Positions 39,712 to 49,785 of a stretch of 64,000 bases of DNA are shown piece after piece. The notes beneath the pieces are model-generated. The model had not been told where the DNA came from. It searched no databases and saw only the letters and a list, made by a program, of their open reading frames with translations. A program made the translations under genes and the position numbers. The stretch comes from Bdellovibrionota bacterium (GTDB lineage: Bacteria; Bdellovibrionota_G; JALEGL01; DATDPG01). The stretch's first letter is position 1. Each line of letters opens with the position of its first letter. Location of the stretch: positions 64,001-128,000 of the forward strand of contig OY764265.1 of NCBI GenBank assembly GCA_963668355.1, in the 5' to 3' direction.

Positions 39712-41039
39712 GAGTTCAGTTCCTTAGCCTTTTCAAAGGTTCGATTCACTTCCGCATGTCGCGACTCAGGTAACCGTTGGATGGCAATATTCCAGGCCTC
39801 CTCTTTCCACCAACCCATGCGAAAGATTTCCGCAAAAACAGATCCGAGGGCCGCATTCTTTCCTCCAAACGTTTTTCGATACGCACGAGAAATGGATTCA
39901 AGATCCTTTGGCTTCTCAAGTTCGTCATCCAATAGAAGTTGTTTGGCTTTCGCTGGAGCGGTCAAAAAACCCCGAGCCTTGAGTTCTGCGTATCCTTCTG
40001 GGGCCGTTGCAATGACCAATTCCGGATGCTCCAACCCGGTATACGTGATGGGATCCGGAGAAATCGTCAGCTCGGCCAAGGAAAAACCCGTTCCTTGCGT
40101 GACCGGATTGTCCGATCGAACGGCAACATGTAATCCCGCAGCCGTCGCCGCACTCGCAGCTAGTGAGGCCGCTGATTGAATTCGTTCGCCTGCTCTTCCC
40201 GCGACAACCATTCGAACGGTCTCGTCTAAATTCTTCAAACTTGGATTGGGTTCCAGACCTTTTCCCGATAAAGGCGCTTGAGGCAATCGATCTTCATGTC
40301 CAGTCCCCACGCTTCCTTTTTTAAAAGACAACCGTGTTGGATCGTTTCGCAAGATTCCAAGCTTCAAACCTTCTTTTTCAGGAAGCTCTTTGATGGATTT
40401 TCCCGTCATGCCACCCTTTCGGGAAGCGAAGACCGGACAGAGTTCAAAAATTTCCACGCACGCAAAGCCGGGATGCTGTATGGCCTGGGCAATTGTTGAC
40501 ACCAAGGTTTCGCCCGGAGCCAATTCCCGCGCAAAAAAGCTGGCACCGGCTCCCATCAAAATGGATCCAATGTCCAAATTCGGAATGGGGGAACCTTCCG
40601 GCGTGGTGGTCGTTTTCAATCCCTCGGGGGTCAACACCGAGTGTTGGCCTCCGGTCATTCCATAAATCAAATTGTTGTGAACCAGAACGGTGACATCCAC
40701 ATTGGTTTGGGCCGCATGAACCACATGAAGCAATCCAATGCCCACACCTCCATCTCCAATCAACACAATTGGCTTCAGAGGAATTTCATTCGGATCCAAA
40801 TCGCCCATCTGCAATCCTGAAGCAATGGCAACCGACCTTCCATGAAGGGAATGAACTGTGTGCATCGTGGGAAACAATTTGTCGGCCAATCCCACACAAC
40901 CAATATCCGTCACCAAGGAAACGCGCTCCTGGGGATAGTCCACGACAGAAAGCGCTTCATCCAACGCCCGAAGAACATGTGGATGACCGCAGCCGGGACA
41001 ATGAGGAAAGCCTTTCTCCGTATTCAACACGCCACTCAT
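39708..41039 (-). CDS. 2-oxoacid:ferredoxin oxidoreductase beta subunit fused to a gamma-like domain
   Basis: CPGCGH, DIGC, LHGR, GDGG, NNLIYGMTGGQ; C-terminal VVAGRAGE...GTGFS.AELTIS. Confidence 0.82.
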   Translation of the reverse strand: MSGVLNTEKGFPHCPGCGHPHVLRALDEALSVVDYPQERVSLVTDIGCVGLADKLFPTMHTVHSLHGRSVAIASGLQMGDLDPNEIPLKPIVLIGDGGVGIGLLHVVHAAQTNVDVTVLVHNNLIYGMTGGQHSVLTPEGLKTTTTPEGSPIPNLDIGSILMGAGASFFARELAPGETLVSTIAQAIQHPGFACVEIFELCPVFASRKGGMTGKSIKELPEKEGLKLGILRNDPTRLSFKKGSVGTGHEDRLPQAPLSGKGLEPNPSLKNLDETVRMVVAGRAGERIQSAASLAASAATAAGLHVAVRSDNPVTQGTGFSLAELTISPDPITYTGLEHPELVIATAPEGYAELKARGFLTAPAKAKQLLLDDELEKPKDLESISRAYRKTFGGKNAALGSVFAEIFRMGWWKEEAWNIAIQRLPESRHAEVNRTFEKAKELNS

Positions 41040-42169
41040 GAGAGCACCGCCTTTCGAATTTGCTCCGGTGAAATCATCGAACCAATTTGATTGACTTGAA
41101 CCAGCTCAACTTCTTTTAAAATTCCCTGAAGTTCTTTGGCATACAAACCGGTTCGGTTTTCCTCCACCACCACAACACGCTTGATGCCATCCAAGGCGTT
41201 TCGAATGGAATTTTCCGGAAGCGGAAAGAGCGAAAGCACCTCCAACGCACTTAACGGTTTTCCCTCTTTCTCAAAATTTTTCATCACTTCCCGACACGTT
41301 CGAGCTGACACGCCAAAACTTAACAACAATGTTTCGGCTCCGGGGTGATGCGTATGACGAACCCTCTCCATCGAAGCAGCGCGATGAGAGATCTTGGCTT
41401 CCAAGTGTTGCAATTGCCGAATGACTTCCGGGTCGTTCTTTCGAAGTTCGCCTCTTTCGTTATGAGCCGAGCCCGTAACCGTGACTTTTAAGTTTCTTCC
41501 CACGGGAGAATATTTTGGAATGTCTTCCAGGTTTTTGATTCCGTAGGGGACAAAAGGTTCGTTCGGTGAAGCCATGGCCCTCGGTCGATTCTCCACTGTC
41601 GGGAGCGCATTCATGTCTACGCTTTCCAGCGTAGTGGACACTTCTTTGTCCGAAAGCAAAATTACGGGACTTCGAAGTTCATCGGCCAAATTAAACGCCT
41701 CGGCGGTGAGCGTATAACAATCGATGGCATCCACCGGTGCCAAAATCGGAATGGGATACCCTCCCGAGGTCGCATATTCTGCCAATAAGATATCCCCTTG
41801 TGCACCTTGCGTTGCCCCTCCGGTTGCCGGTCCCAAACGTTGGACAATGGCAATGACCACGGGCGTTTCAGTCATGAGTGCGTATTGCATGGTTTCAATC
41901 ATGAGCGCAAAACCCGGACCCGAGGTGGCCGTCATGGATCTGGAATTGGTCAACGAAGCTCCCACGGCATACGAAAGAGCTGAGATTTCATCCGGCGTTC
42001 CAACGGAAACGCCTCCTCGCGAAGGAAGTTGCCGCATCATTTCAGAGTAAACTTCGTTGGAAGGCGTGATGGGATACCCTGCGAAAAAACGACAGCCCGC
42101 TGCGAGAGCCCCCCAAGCAATCATTCGATTTCCAGTGACCAACTCAACCTTCGCTTGTGTTTTCGGCAT
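41036..42169 (-). CDS. 2-oxoacid:ferredoxin oxidoreductase alpha subunit
   Basis: GN..IAWGA, YPITPS, TATSGPG, QRLGPATG, VVEEN. Confidence 0.88.
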   Translation of the reverse strand: MPKTQAKVELVTGNRMIAWGALAAGCRFFAGYPITPSNEVYSEMMRQLPSRGGVSVGTPDEISALSYAVGASLTNSRSMTATSGPGFALMIETMQYALMTETPVVIAIVQRLGPATGGATQGAQGDILLAEYATSGGYPIPILAPVDAIDCYTLTAEAFNLADELRSPVILLSDKEVSTTLESVDMNALPTVENRPRAMASPNEPFVPYGIKNLEDIPKYSPVGRNLKVTVTGSAHNERGELRKNDPEVIRQLQHLEAKISHRAASMERVRHTHHPGAETLLLSFGVSARTCREVMKNFEKEGKPLSALEVLSLFPLPENSIRNALDGIKRVVVVEENRTGLYAKELQGILKEVELVQVNQIGSMISPEQIRKAVLS

Positions 42170-42373
42170 CACGATCCTTCAAACCTTTCTGTATTCTCAT
42201 TTTGGGAGGCCCGACACGGTAGCATGAGTTGATTTCTCCGACCAGAACTCCGAAGTGACCATATGTGGCCATACACGCAACCAGTCGCATCTTCTTTCTG
42301 GTAGCCGAATTCCACATGAAAAATATGAGATAAATCGTGTTTTCTTCGGTAAATCTCGCTATGTTGCCGCACC

Positions 42374-44473
42374 ATGAAAGCGTATCCATCCAATGAAATT
42401 CGAAACATCGCGTTCGTCGGCCACGGCCGATCTGGCAAAACCTCTCTCACAGACGCTGCCGTCTTTGACGTAGGCGCAAGCACTCGACTGGGACGAACGG
42501 AAGACAGCACATCTCTCTTTGACTTGGAACCGGAAGAAATCCATCGCGGGGGTTCCATGACCACTCATTTCAATTGGGTGGAGCATGGCGGCACTAAAAT
42601 CAATATGATTGATACGCCGGGAGATCAAAACTTCTTTTTAGATGGTGTGAGTGCCATGTATGGCGCAGATGCTCTCGTGGTCGTGGTCAGTGCCTCGGGT
42701 GGCGTTCAATTGCAAACGAAACGCGCCTGGGCAGAAGCCGACAAACACGGCCTATCTCGCGCGATTGTCATCAACAAAATGGATCGAGCCTCCGCAGACT
42801 GGCAAGGTTTGGTCAACAAAGTTGGCACCTCACTCAATGCCCAACCCGTAGCCATCCAAGTTCCCATGGGTGCTGGAGAGGCCTTTAATGGCGTTGTGGA
42901 TCTGTTTCGGCAAAAGGCGATTACCTGGCCCAATGACGCTCCGGGAAAAGCGACGGAAGGTGAAATTCCTGCAGACCTTACCGATATGGTCGCAGAAGCT
43001 CGCGCAAACATGATTGAGTCCATCGTTTCCACAGATGATGCGCTTTTGGAAACGTACTTGGACACCGGCGATGTCAGCGAAGAACAAGTGAAGAAGGCGT
43101 TCAACTCAGCCATGGCCCAGAATAAAGTGGTCCCCGTCTTGTTCACCAATGCCAAGTTAAACATTGGCGTGCGACCTCTTTTGGACCTTGTTGCAGCTTG
43201 TTTCCCGAACCCTCTGGACCGAAAAACGTTGGAAGGGACGGACGAACAAGGAAACGCCGTTGAAATTAAAGTGGATGAGAATGAACCTTTCGTGGGCCAA
43301 ATCATCAAAACGCTTTTTGACGAACATGCAGGCCAAATTTCAATGATTCGTGTCTTTTCCGGATCGACCTCTTCTGAAGCATCGGTTCGAAATGCGGCCT
43401 CCCGAGACGAAATGCGTCTGGGTCACCCCTACTTCCTCCGAGGAAAAGAGCGAACCAAAGGGGAACAAATTGTCTGCGGAGACATCATCGCAGCTGTAAA
43501 ACTCAAAGATGTTCACACCGGAAACACTCTCTGTGATCCGAAAAGTGTTCGAAACCTTCCCAAGGTTCAATACCCAGATCCCATGATGTCTTTGGTCCTC
43601 ATTGCCCAAGACAAAAAAGACACCGACAAAATCAAAACGGCGGCCAGCCAAGCCATGGAAGAAGATCCTTCTTTGAGCCTGACGTCCGACGAAATGACGC
43701 ATCAAATGATTCTCAATGGAATGGGAAATGCTCATGTGGAATGCGCCATTGATCGGATGAATCGAAAGTTCAAAATCAACATCACCACGGATCTTCCCTC
43801 CGTTCCTTACAGAGAAACCTTGGCCAAGCCCGTCAAAAATGTGGAAGGAAAACATAAAAAACAAAGTGGTGGTGCCGGACAGTTTGGGCTGTGTTATTGC
43901 GATTTTGAACCCACTCCCATGGGAAGTGGTTTCGAATTCGTCAATAAAATCTTCGGAGGAGCCATTCCGAAGCAGTTCATTCCCGCCGTGGAAAAAGGAG
44001 TTGTCGACAAAGCCAAAAGTGGATCTTTGGCCGGTTATCCGGTGGTCGATTTCAAGGTGACGCTCATCGATGGGAAACACCACCCCGTGGATTCCAAAGA
44101 CATTGCATTCCAATTGGCTGGAGTCAAAGCCATGAAAGGTGCCATGGCCAAAGCCGGAATGAAACTCCTCGAACCCTACTACAAAATGGACATCATGGTC
44201 CCCAGCGATAGCGCTGGAGACATCATGGGTGACGTGACTTCTCGTCGAGGCCAAATCGCAGGAATGGATACGGAAGGTGATATGACCATCATCCATGCGA
44301 CGTGTCCTTTGGCTGAGATCCAACAATACGTGGCCGATCTTCAGTCCATGACTCAGGGAAAGGGAAGCTTCACACGCTCTTTCGATACGTTCCGAGACGT
44401 CCCCGGAAACCTCGTCGAAAAGATTCAAAAGGCGAGCCCCTTCCTGAAGAAGGACGAAGACGACGACGAATAG
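42374..44473 (+). CDS. fusA: Elongation factor G paralogue (EF-G2-like)
   Basis: GHGRSGKT, DTPG, NKMD, KQSGGAGQFG, LLEP; divergent switch motifs. Confidence 0.9.
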   Translation: MKAYPSNEIRNIAFVGHGRSGKTSLTDAAVFDVGASTRLGRTEDSTSLFDLEPEEIHRGGSMTTHFNWVEHGGTKINMIDTPGDQNFFLDGVSAMYGADALVVVVSASGGVQLQTKRAWAEADKHGLSRAIVINKMDRASADWQGLVNKVGTSLNAQPVAIQVPMGAGEAFNGVVDLFRQKAITWPNDAPGKATEGEIPADLTDMVAEARANMIESIVSTDDALLETYLDTGDVSEEQVKKAFNSAMAQNKVVPVLFTNAKLNIGVRPLLDLVAACFPNPLDRKTLEGTDEQGNAVEIKVDENEPFVGQIIKTLFDEHAGQISMIRVFSGSTSSEASVRNAASRDEMRLGHPYFLRGKERTKGEQIVCGDIIAAVKLKDVHTGNTLCDPKSVRNLPKVQYPDPMMSLVLIAQDKKDTDKIKTAASQAMEEDPSLSLTSDEMTHQMILNGMGNAHVECAIDRMNRKFKINITTDLPSVPYRETLAKPVKNVEGKHKKQSGGAGQFGLCYCDFEPTPMGSGFEFVNKIFGGAIPKQFIPAVEKGVVDKAKSGSLAGYPVVDFKVTLIDGKHHPVDSKDIAFQLAGVKAMKGAMAKAGMKLLEPYYKMDIMVPSDSAGDIMGDVTSRRGQIAGMDTEGDMTIIHATCPLAEIQQYVADLQSMTQGKGSFTRSFDTFRDVPGNLVEKIQKASPFLKKDEDDDE

Positions 44474-44525
44474 GTCCGCTTCGATTTTCGCATCTACATA
44501 TCGTCACCGACATATGTACATGGTC

Positions 44526-44547
44526 AAAGCCATATAAATATGGCTTT
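44526..44547. terminator. Palindrome downstream of the EF-G gene
   Basis: AAAGCCATAT-AA-ATATGGCTTT. Confidence 0.4.
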
Positions 44548-44618
44548 ATCTATCTACATATTGCCACGACCACACACGACCATATAATAGACCCTCTCAA
44601 AACTTGGGCTTTTTTATA

Positions 44619-44648
44619 TTGACATATTCTTATATTCGAATGTATTTA
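44619..44648 (+). promoter_or_regulatory. sigma70 -35 box with an overlapping ATTC-N8-GAAT operator (SqrR/BigR-type)
   Basis: TTGACA at 44619; ATTC-TTATATTC-GAAT at 44626-44641; the -10 box is weak. Confidence 0.55.
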
Positions 44649-44656
44649 TAAGAAGT

Positions 44657-44950
44657 ATGGAAAACAAAACTCGCGAACAAGCACAGAAGGCCTGCAGATG
44701 CTTGCAGGGAATCTCGCATGAAATTCGGTTGGGGGTTATTCTCGCTCTTCAAACTGGAGAAATGAACGTGTCGAGCCTCGTGAAAGCGTTAAACATTCCC
44801 CAACCCACCCTCTCTCAACACCTAGGTCTTATGAAAGAGCGAGGCATATTGGTGGCCAGACGGGAAGGGAATCAGATTTTTTATCGCGTGGAAGACCCAC
44901 GAATTTTCGACCTCTTATCCATGGTCAAAACCGTTTTTTGCAAATCTTAG
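44657..44950 (+). CDS. ArsR/SmtB-family repressor (BigR/SqrR/HlyU-like)
   Basis: SH.IRL, QPTLSQHL, RREGNQIFY, C-terminal FC. Confidence 0.9.
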   Translation: MENKTREQAQKACRCLQGISHEIRLGVILALQTGEMNVSSLVKALNIPQPTLSQHLGLMKERGILVARREGNQIFYRVEDPRIFDLLSMVKTVFCKS

Positions 44951-44963
44951 GAGACCCGCTCTC

Positions 44964-46259
44964 ATGAAACGAATCGCACTTACCCTTTTATTTCTTTCTT
45001 TTTCATCTCCGATCTTTGGCGCGGAAAAACTCTCGTTAAGCCGAGCTCTATCTTTGATCAAAGAAAGTCCCAGGATTCAAGCCAGTGATGCCATGACCCA
45101 AGAAGCACACTCCCAAAAGAATATGTCTTCTTCCATGTTCTACCCGGCCGTCACGTTGAGCCACGGATACATGTACACCAACAATCCTGTGGGCGTTTTC
45201 TCGGCCAAACTTCAACAACGACAATTTACACAAGCGGATTTTGCCATTGGCGCACTTAATGAACCCGACGCTGTCCACCACTCCCATACTCGCTTCCAAC
45301 TCGCACAACCCCTGCTCCACAGCTTCACCGATGTGTACAATTACGAGGCAGCCAAACATGGGTACGAAGCCAAAAAGGCCGAGCATCAGTTTCACACGCA
45401 ACAAGCTCGCTTGGAAATCAGCAAACTTTACTACGCGCTATTGACCTTGGAAGCCCGAAACCAAATCCTCAATGAGGGCATCGCACAGCTCACAAAACTG
45501 GAAGAGTCCTATTCCTTGATGGAGGCACCCACTCCAGCCACGACCACGAACTTTTTAATTGCTCAATCCATTCGCTTGAAACTCAGCGCCCAAAAAAGTG
45601 GAATCACTTCGGCGCATCAAGAGTTGGAGCGTCTGCTCTCCGCTCATTTGGGATATCCCGAATCCACGAAATGGGATCTCACAGACCCCCTTCCCAACGT
45701 TGAAAGTTTGGAACTTAAGCGTGAGGCCGACGCCCTTCGCGCAGATGTAAAAGCGGCTCGCGAGAGCATTCTAGCAGCCAAAGCGGCTTCCAAGGCTTCA
45801 CAATCGACCTGGGGACCCAACCTTGATTTTGTTGCTGGGTACAACCTCTACTCAGGAAATTACAAAGATTTCGATGACGCCTATGACGTCGGTCTGCAAT
45901 TCACGTGGCCCATTTTTCAGGGCCCTCGTATGAGCCAAAATGAGAAAGCCAAAGCTCAGCTAAAAGCTGCCAAAGAAATGGAACGGGCCACGACACTGGA
46001 AGCCCAAGCCAAAAAAGAAAATGCGACAACCAATCTTCAAGCCCGCATTCAGGAATACGAGGTCTTGAAAGAAGCCAAAGAAAAATCGCGACAAGCCAAT
46101 CGCATTGCCAAGAAGAGATATGCGCAAGGGACCCTCCCCTTGTTCCATTACTCCGAGTCCATTCAAAACTGGGTCGCCATTCAACAAGAGGTCGTCGAGG
46201 CGCAACGAAGAGCCAACGAAAGTTTTGTCACGTTGAAATTTGAACGAGGTGCATTATGA
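44964..46259 (+). CDS. TolC-family outer-membrane efflux protein
   Basis: Signal peptide, two OEP repeats (FYPAVTL; GLQFTWPIF), RY..G. Confidence 0.85.
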   Translation: MKRIALTLLFLSFSSPIFGAEKLSLSRALSLIKESPRIQASDAMTQEAHSQKNMSSSMFYPAVTLSHGYMYTNNPVGVFSAKLQQRQFTQADFAIGALNEPDAVHHSHTRFQLAQPLLHSFTDVYNYEAAKHGYEAKKAEHQFHTQQARLEISKLYYALLTLEARNQILNEGIAQLTKLEESYSLMEAPTPATTTNFLIAQSIRLKLSAQKSGITSAHQELERLLSAHLGYPESTKWDLTDPLPNVESLELKREADALRADVKAARESILAAKAASKASQSTWGPNLDFVAGYNLYSGNYKDFDDAYDVGLQFTWPIFQGPRMSQNEKAKAQLKAAKEMERATTLEAQAKKENATTNLQARIQEYEVLKEAKEKSRQANRIAKKRYAQGTLPLFHYSESIQNWVAIQQEVVEAQRRANESFVTLKFERGAL

Positions 46260-49200
46260 ATTCCAATCATCCAACTTACCCGCTCGGTCTCGCTGGGAAA
46301 TTTGCGAAAGCTTTTGTCAGCTCAAAACTCACTCCGTTACTCATTTTTGCGAGTTTGTTCCTGGGACTCTTTGCCATCCTGATCACCCCTCGGGAAGAAG
46401 AGCCTCAAATCGTCGTTCCCATGGTGGACGTCATCGTCCCGTTTCAAGGAGCTTCTCCGCGTGAAGTGGAAGAGCGAATCATCAATCCCATGGAAAAGCT
46501 TCTTTGGGGAATTCCAGATGTTGAGTACCTCTATTCCACCAGCATGTTGGAGCGAGGATTGGTCACGGTTCGTTTCAAAGTTGGAACCCCACTTGAACCT
46601 GCGGTTCTGCGTGTACACCACAAACTTCGAGAACACATGCCCGAGAAACCAGATGGCGTGGGATTTCCCCTCATTCGCTCTTACACCATTGATGATGTTC
46701 CTTTCTTAGCAACGACGCTACATAGCTCCACGGTCCCGGATCATGAGTTGAGACGAGTCGGACAAGAGTTGGCCCATGAAATGGCAGAAATCACGGACAT
46801 TTCTCGCATTGAAGTCATTGGCGGCGAACCCCGACAAATTCAAATTCTTCCAGACCCAGAAAAACTCAAACGCTACAATGTCAGTCTCTTGGAATACTTT
46901 GAGCCGCTTCTGACCACGAACACCGAAGGCATGGTCGGGACGACAAAAAAAACCAATCCCGAGTGGCTTGTGGAAGTTGACGGATTCTTTCAATCGGCAC
47001 AAGAAATTGGCGATGTCGTTGTGGGCATCAAAGGAGGACGTGCCATACGCGTCAAAGACGTAGCGTCTGTAAGGGATGGCCCGGCCGAACGCACACGAAA
47101 AGTCCTCTTCAAAAAGAAAGGCCAAGAGTTCGAAAACGCCGTAACCCTCTCATTCGCCAAGCGACCGGGGACCAACGCAACGGCCCTTTCCCACAAAGCC
47201 CTCGACAAAATTGAAAAAATCAAAACGCGACTCCTCCCGGAAGATACACAAATCTCCATCACCCGCGACTATGGAGAAACGGCCAAAGAAAAATCCAACA
47301 CGCTCATTGAACACCTGCTCATCGCAACGTTCTCCGTAATGATTTTGATCGCCCTCTTTTTGGGCGTGAGATCCTCCCTGGTTGTGGGAGCTGCCGTTCC
47401 TGTGACCTTGGCCCTCACACTCCTCCTATATTATCTATTTGGGTACACCCTCAATCGAGTAACGCTTTTCGCACTCATTTTTTCGATCGGAATCTTGGTG
47501 GATGATGCCATTGTGGTCGTTGAAAACATTCATCGCCACTTTCACGACAAGTCTTTGCGTGCCAAACGCTCCCTCCAAGAAATCATCGTCAATGCCGTAA
47601 GTGAAGTCGGGAACCCCACCATTCTCGCAACATTCACAGTCATTGCCGCCATCTTACCCATGGCGTTTGTGGGAGGACTCATGGGACCTTACATGCGGCC
47701 CATTCCCATCGGCGCTTCCGTGGCCATGATTTTTTCTCTCGTGATCGCCTTTACGATTTCTCCATGGGCGGCCCGAAAAGCTTATCGCGGTGAGTTCAAG
47801 AAAATTCAAGAACACGACACCGAGGAACCAGAAGATGAGAAAAAGTCCATGCTGGATCGAATTTACGATTCGGTGATGCTCAACCTATTGAATAAATCTT
47901 CTGCACGCTGGGCCTTCCTGATTGCATCCCTATTGATGTTCACGGGCATTGGTTGGCTCGTGTACGGAAAAATCGTGCGCGTGAAAATGCTTCCGTTCGA
48001 CAATAAGAGTGAATTCCAAATCGTCATCGACATGGATGAAGGAACGCCCTTAACTGACACCGTAGAAGTTGCAAAATCCATGGGTGAAGCCCTTGAAGAA
48101 GTTCCGGAAGTGGATAACTACCAAATTTATGCCGGAACCAATTCTCCCATCAACTTCAACGGCTTGGTTCGCCATTACTTTTTAAGGCAATCTCCACACT
48201 TGGCCGATATTCAAGTCAATCTCCTTCCCAAACATGATCGAGATCGTCAGAGCCATGACATCGCAAAGGCCGTTCGTCCTCTCGTCGAACGCGTCGCCAA
48301 AGAAGCAGGCGCAAGGGTGAAAGTGGTGGAGATTCCTCCTGGCCCCCCCGTCCTTTCAACCTTGGTGGCCGAAGTCTACGGCCCCGATATGGCCTCGCAA
48401 AAAAGAGCGGCTGAAAAAATTCATTCCTTCTTTGAAGAAACCGAGGGGGTCGTGGACGTGGACTGGACCCTCACGCATGAACAAAACAAGTATTTGATCA
48501 AAGTGGATCGGCGTCGCTCGTCACTCAAACGAGTGCCCATCGATCGAGTTTTTAAAACCATTGCGGCAGGCATGGGAGGCGCACCTTTGGGCCTCTTGCA
48601 CGACGAGACCTATCCAGAACCGGTTTTCATTTCGTTGCAACTCCCTGAAAACCACCGAAAAAATCTGGAGGCGGTGTTGGAACTTCGCGTTCCATCCAAC
48701 GATGGCTCCTTCGTTCCCCTGAAAGATCTGGCCAGCGTTGAAAAAGTCACATCGAGCCAGCCCATCCACCATAAAAATCTCCAACGCGTGATCTATGTGT
48801 TTGGAGACTTAGCGGGGGCGGAAGAGGCTCCCGTTTACGCCATTGCAAAATTGAACCAAAAACTCGAAACGCTCAAAAACAACCATGGCGAATCCATTCA
48901 AGTCTATTCGACACACCAACCTGAAATCACGGATGATATTTCCATGAAATGGGATGGAGAATGGCACATCACCTTTGAAGTGTTTCGAGACATGGGAATT
49001 GCCTTCGGCATCGTCATGATTCTCATCTACATTTTGGTTGTGGGATGGTTTCAGTCGTTTCTGGTTCCCTTCATCATCATGATCCCCATTCCGCTTTCCC
49101 TGATTGGAATCATTCCGGGACATTGGATGTTTGGAGCCTTTTTCACAGCCACATCCATGATTGGATTCATCGCCGGAGCGGGAATCATCGTTCGAAACTC

Positions 49201-49483
49201 GATCATTCTCGTGGACTACATCGAGCTAGGGTTAGAGCAGGGACAGGATTTAAAATCGGCCGTTTTGAAAGCCGGAGAAGTTCGTTTCCGACCTATGTTG
49301 CTCACGGCAGCTGCTGTGGTGGTCGCCGCCTTTGTCATTCTCTTCGACCCTATCTTTCAGGGATTAGCGGTTTCCCTCATGATGGGAGAAGTGGCAGCCA
49401 CGCTGCTTTCCCGTTTTGCCGTTCCCCTGCTCTATTACGTCATGGTGGGTAAAGCGAGAGCCAAAGAATTGGCCCCAAAATAA
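46256..49483 (+). CDS. RND efflux transporter permease (AcrB family)
   Basis: PREEEPQI, GILVDDAIVVVENI, GIIVRNSIILVD, RFRPMLLT. Confidence 0.93.
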   Translation: MNSNHPTYPLGLAGKFAKAFVSSKLTPLLIFASLFLGLFAILITPREEEPQIVVPMVDVIVPFQGASPREVEERIINPMEKLLWGIPDVEYLYSTSMLERGLVTVRFKVGTPLEPAVLRVHHKLREHMPEKPDGVGFPLIRSYTIDDVPFLATTLHSSTVPDHELRRVGQELAHEMAEITDISRIEVIGGEPRQIQILPDPEKLKRYNVSLLEYFEPLLTTNTEGMVGTTKKTNPEWLVEVDGFFQSAQEIGDVVVGIKGGRAIRVKDVASVRDGPAERTRKVLFKKKGQEFENAVTLSFAKRPGTNATALSHKALDKIEKIKTRLLPEDTQISITRDYGETAKEKSNTLIEHLLIATFSVMILIALFLGVRSSLVVGAAVPVTLALTLLLYYLFGYTLNRVTLFALIFSIGILVDDAIVVVENIHRHFHDKSLRAKRSLQEIIVNAVSEVGNPTILATFTVIAAILPMAFVGGLMGPYMRPIPIGASVAMIFSLVIAFTISPWAARKAYRGEFKKIQEHDTEEPEDEKKSMLDRIYDSVMLNLLNKSSARWAFLIASLLMFTGIGWLVYGKIVRVKMLPFDNKSEFQIVIDMDEGTPLTDTVEVAKSMGEALEEVPEVDNYQIYAGTNSPINFNGLVRHYFLRQSPHLADIQVNLLPKHDRDRQSHDIAKAVRPLVERVAKEAGARVKVVEIPPGPPVLSTLVAEVYGPDMASQKRAAEKIHSFFEETEGVVDVDWTLTHEQNKYLIKVDRRRSSLKRVPIDRVFKTIAAGMGGAPLGLLHDETYPEPVFISLQLPENHRKNLEAVLELRVPSNDGSFVPLKDLASVEKVTSSQPIHHKNLQRVIYVFGDLAGAEEAPVYAIAKLNQKLETLKNNHGESIQVYSTHQPEITDDISMKWDGEWHITFEVFRDMGIAFGIVMILIYILVVGWFQSFLVPFIIMIPIPLSLIGIIPGHWMFGAFFTATSMIGFIAGAGIIVRNSIILVDYIELGLEQGQDLKSAVLKAGEVRFRPMLLTAAAVVVAAFVILFDPIFQGLAVSLMMGEVAATLLSRFAVPLLYYVMVGKARAKELAPK

Positions 49484-49506
49484 AAACGAAAGGACCCTTA
49501 AAAAAA

Positions 49507-49698
49507 ATGAAAAGAGAACACATCATTCGCCTCTTCGCCGGAACATTCATCTTAATTGGCTTAGCCCTGTACCAATGGGTCAGTCCCTGGGGCCTCATCT
49601 TGCCTCTTTTTGTGGCCCTGAACCTCATCCAGTCAGCGCTGACCAAGTGGTGTCTTTTGGAAGATATTCTAACCAAGATGAACATTGGAAATGCCTAA
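49507..49698 (+). CDS. DUF2892 (YgaP-like) small membrane protein
   Basis: IRLFAG, NLIQSALTKWC. Confidence 0.85.
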   Translation: MKREHIIRLFAGTFILIGLALYQWVSPWGLILPLFVALNLIQSALTKWCLLEDILTKMNIGNA

Positions 49699-49785
49699 GC
49701 TCTCGTCGGCTTACCCGCACCAAGCCTCGTTTTTTTGGCGTTTCGGGGTTAGACCTTCGTCCATTTTGTGGTAGAAGGTCTGCCT

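Noticed and set aside
42169..42373. Ferredoxin (delta) subunit upstream of the oxidoreductase alpha gene
   Set aside because: No CxxCxxC motif in the ORFs covering this interval.
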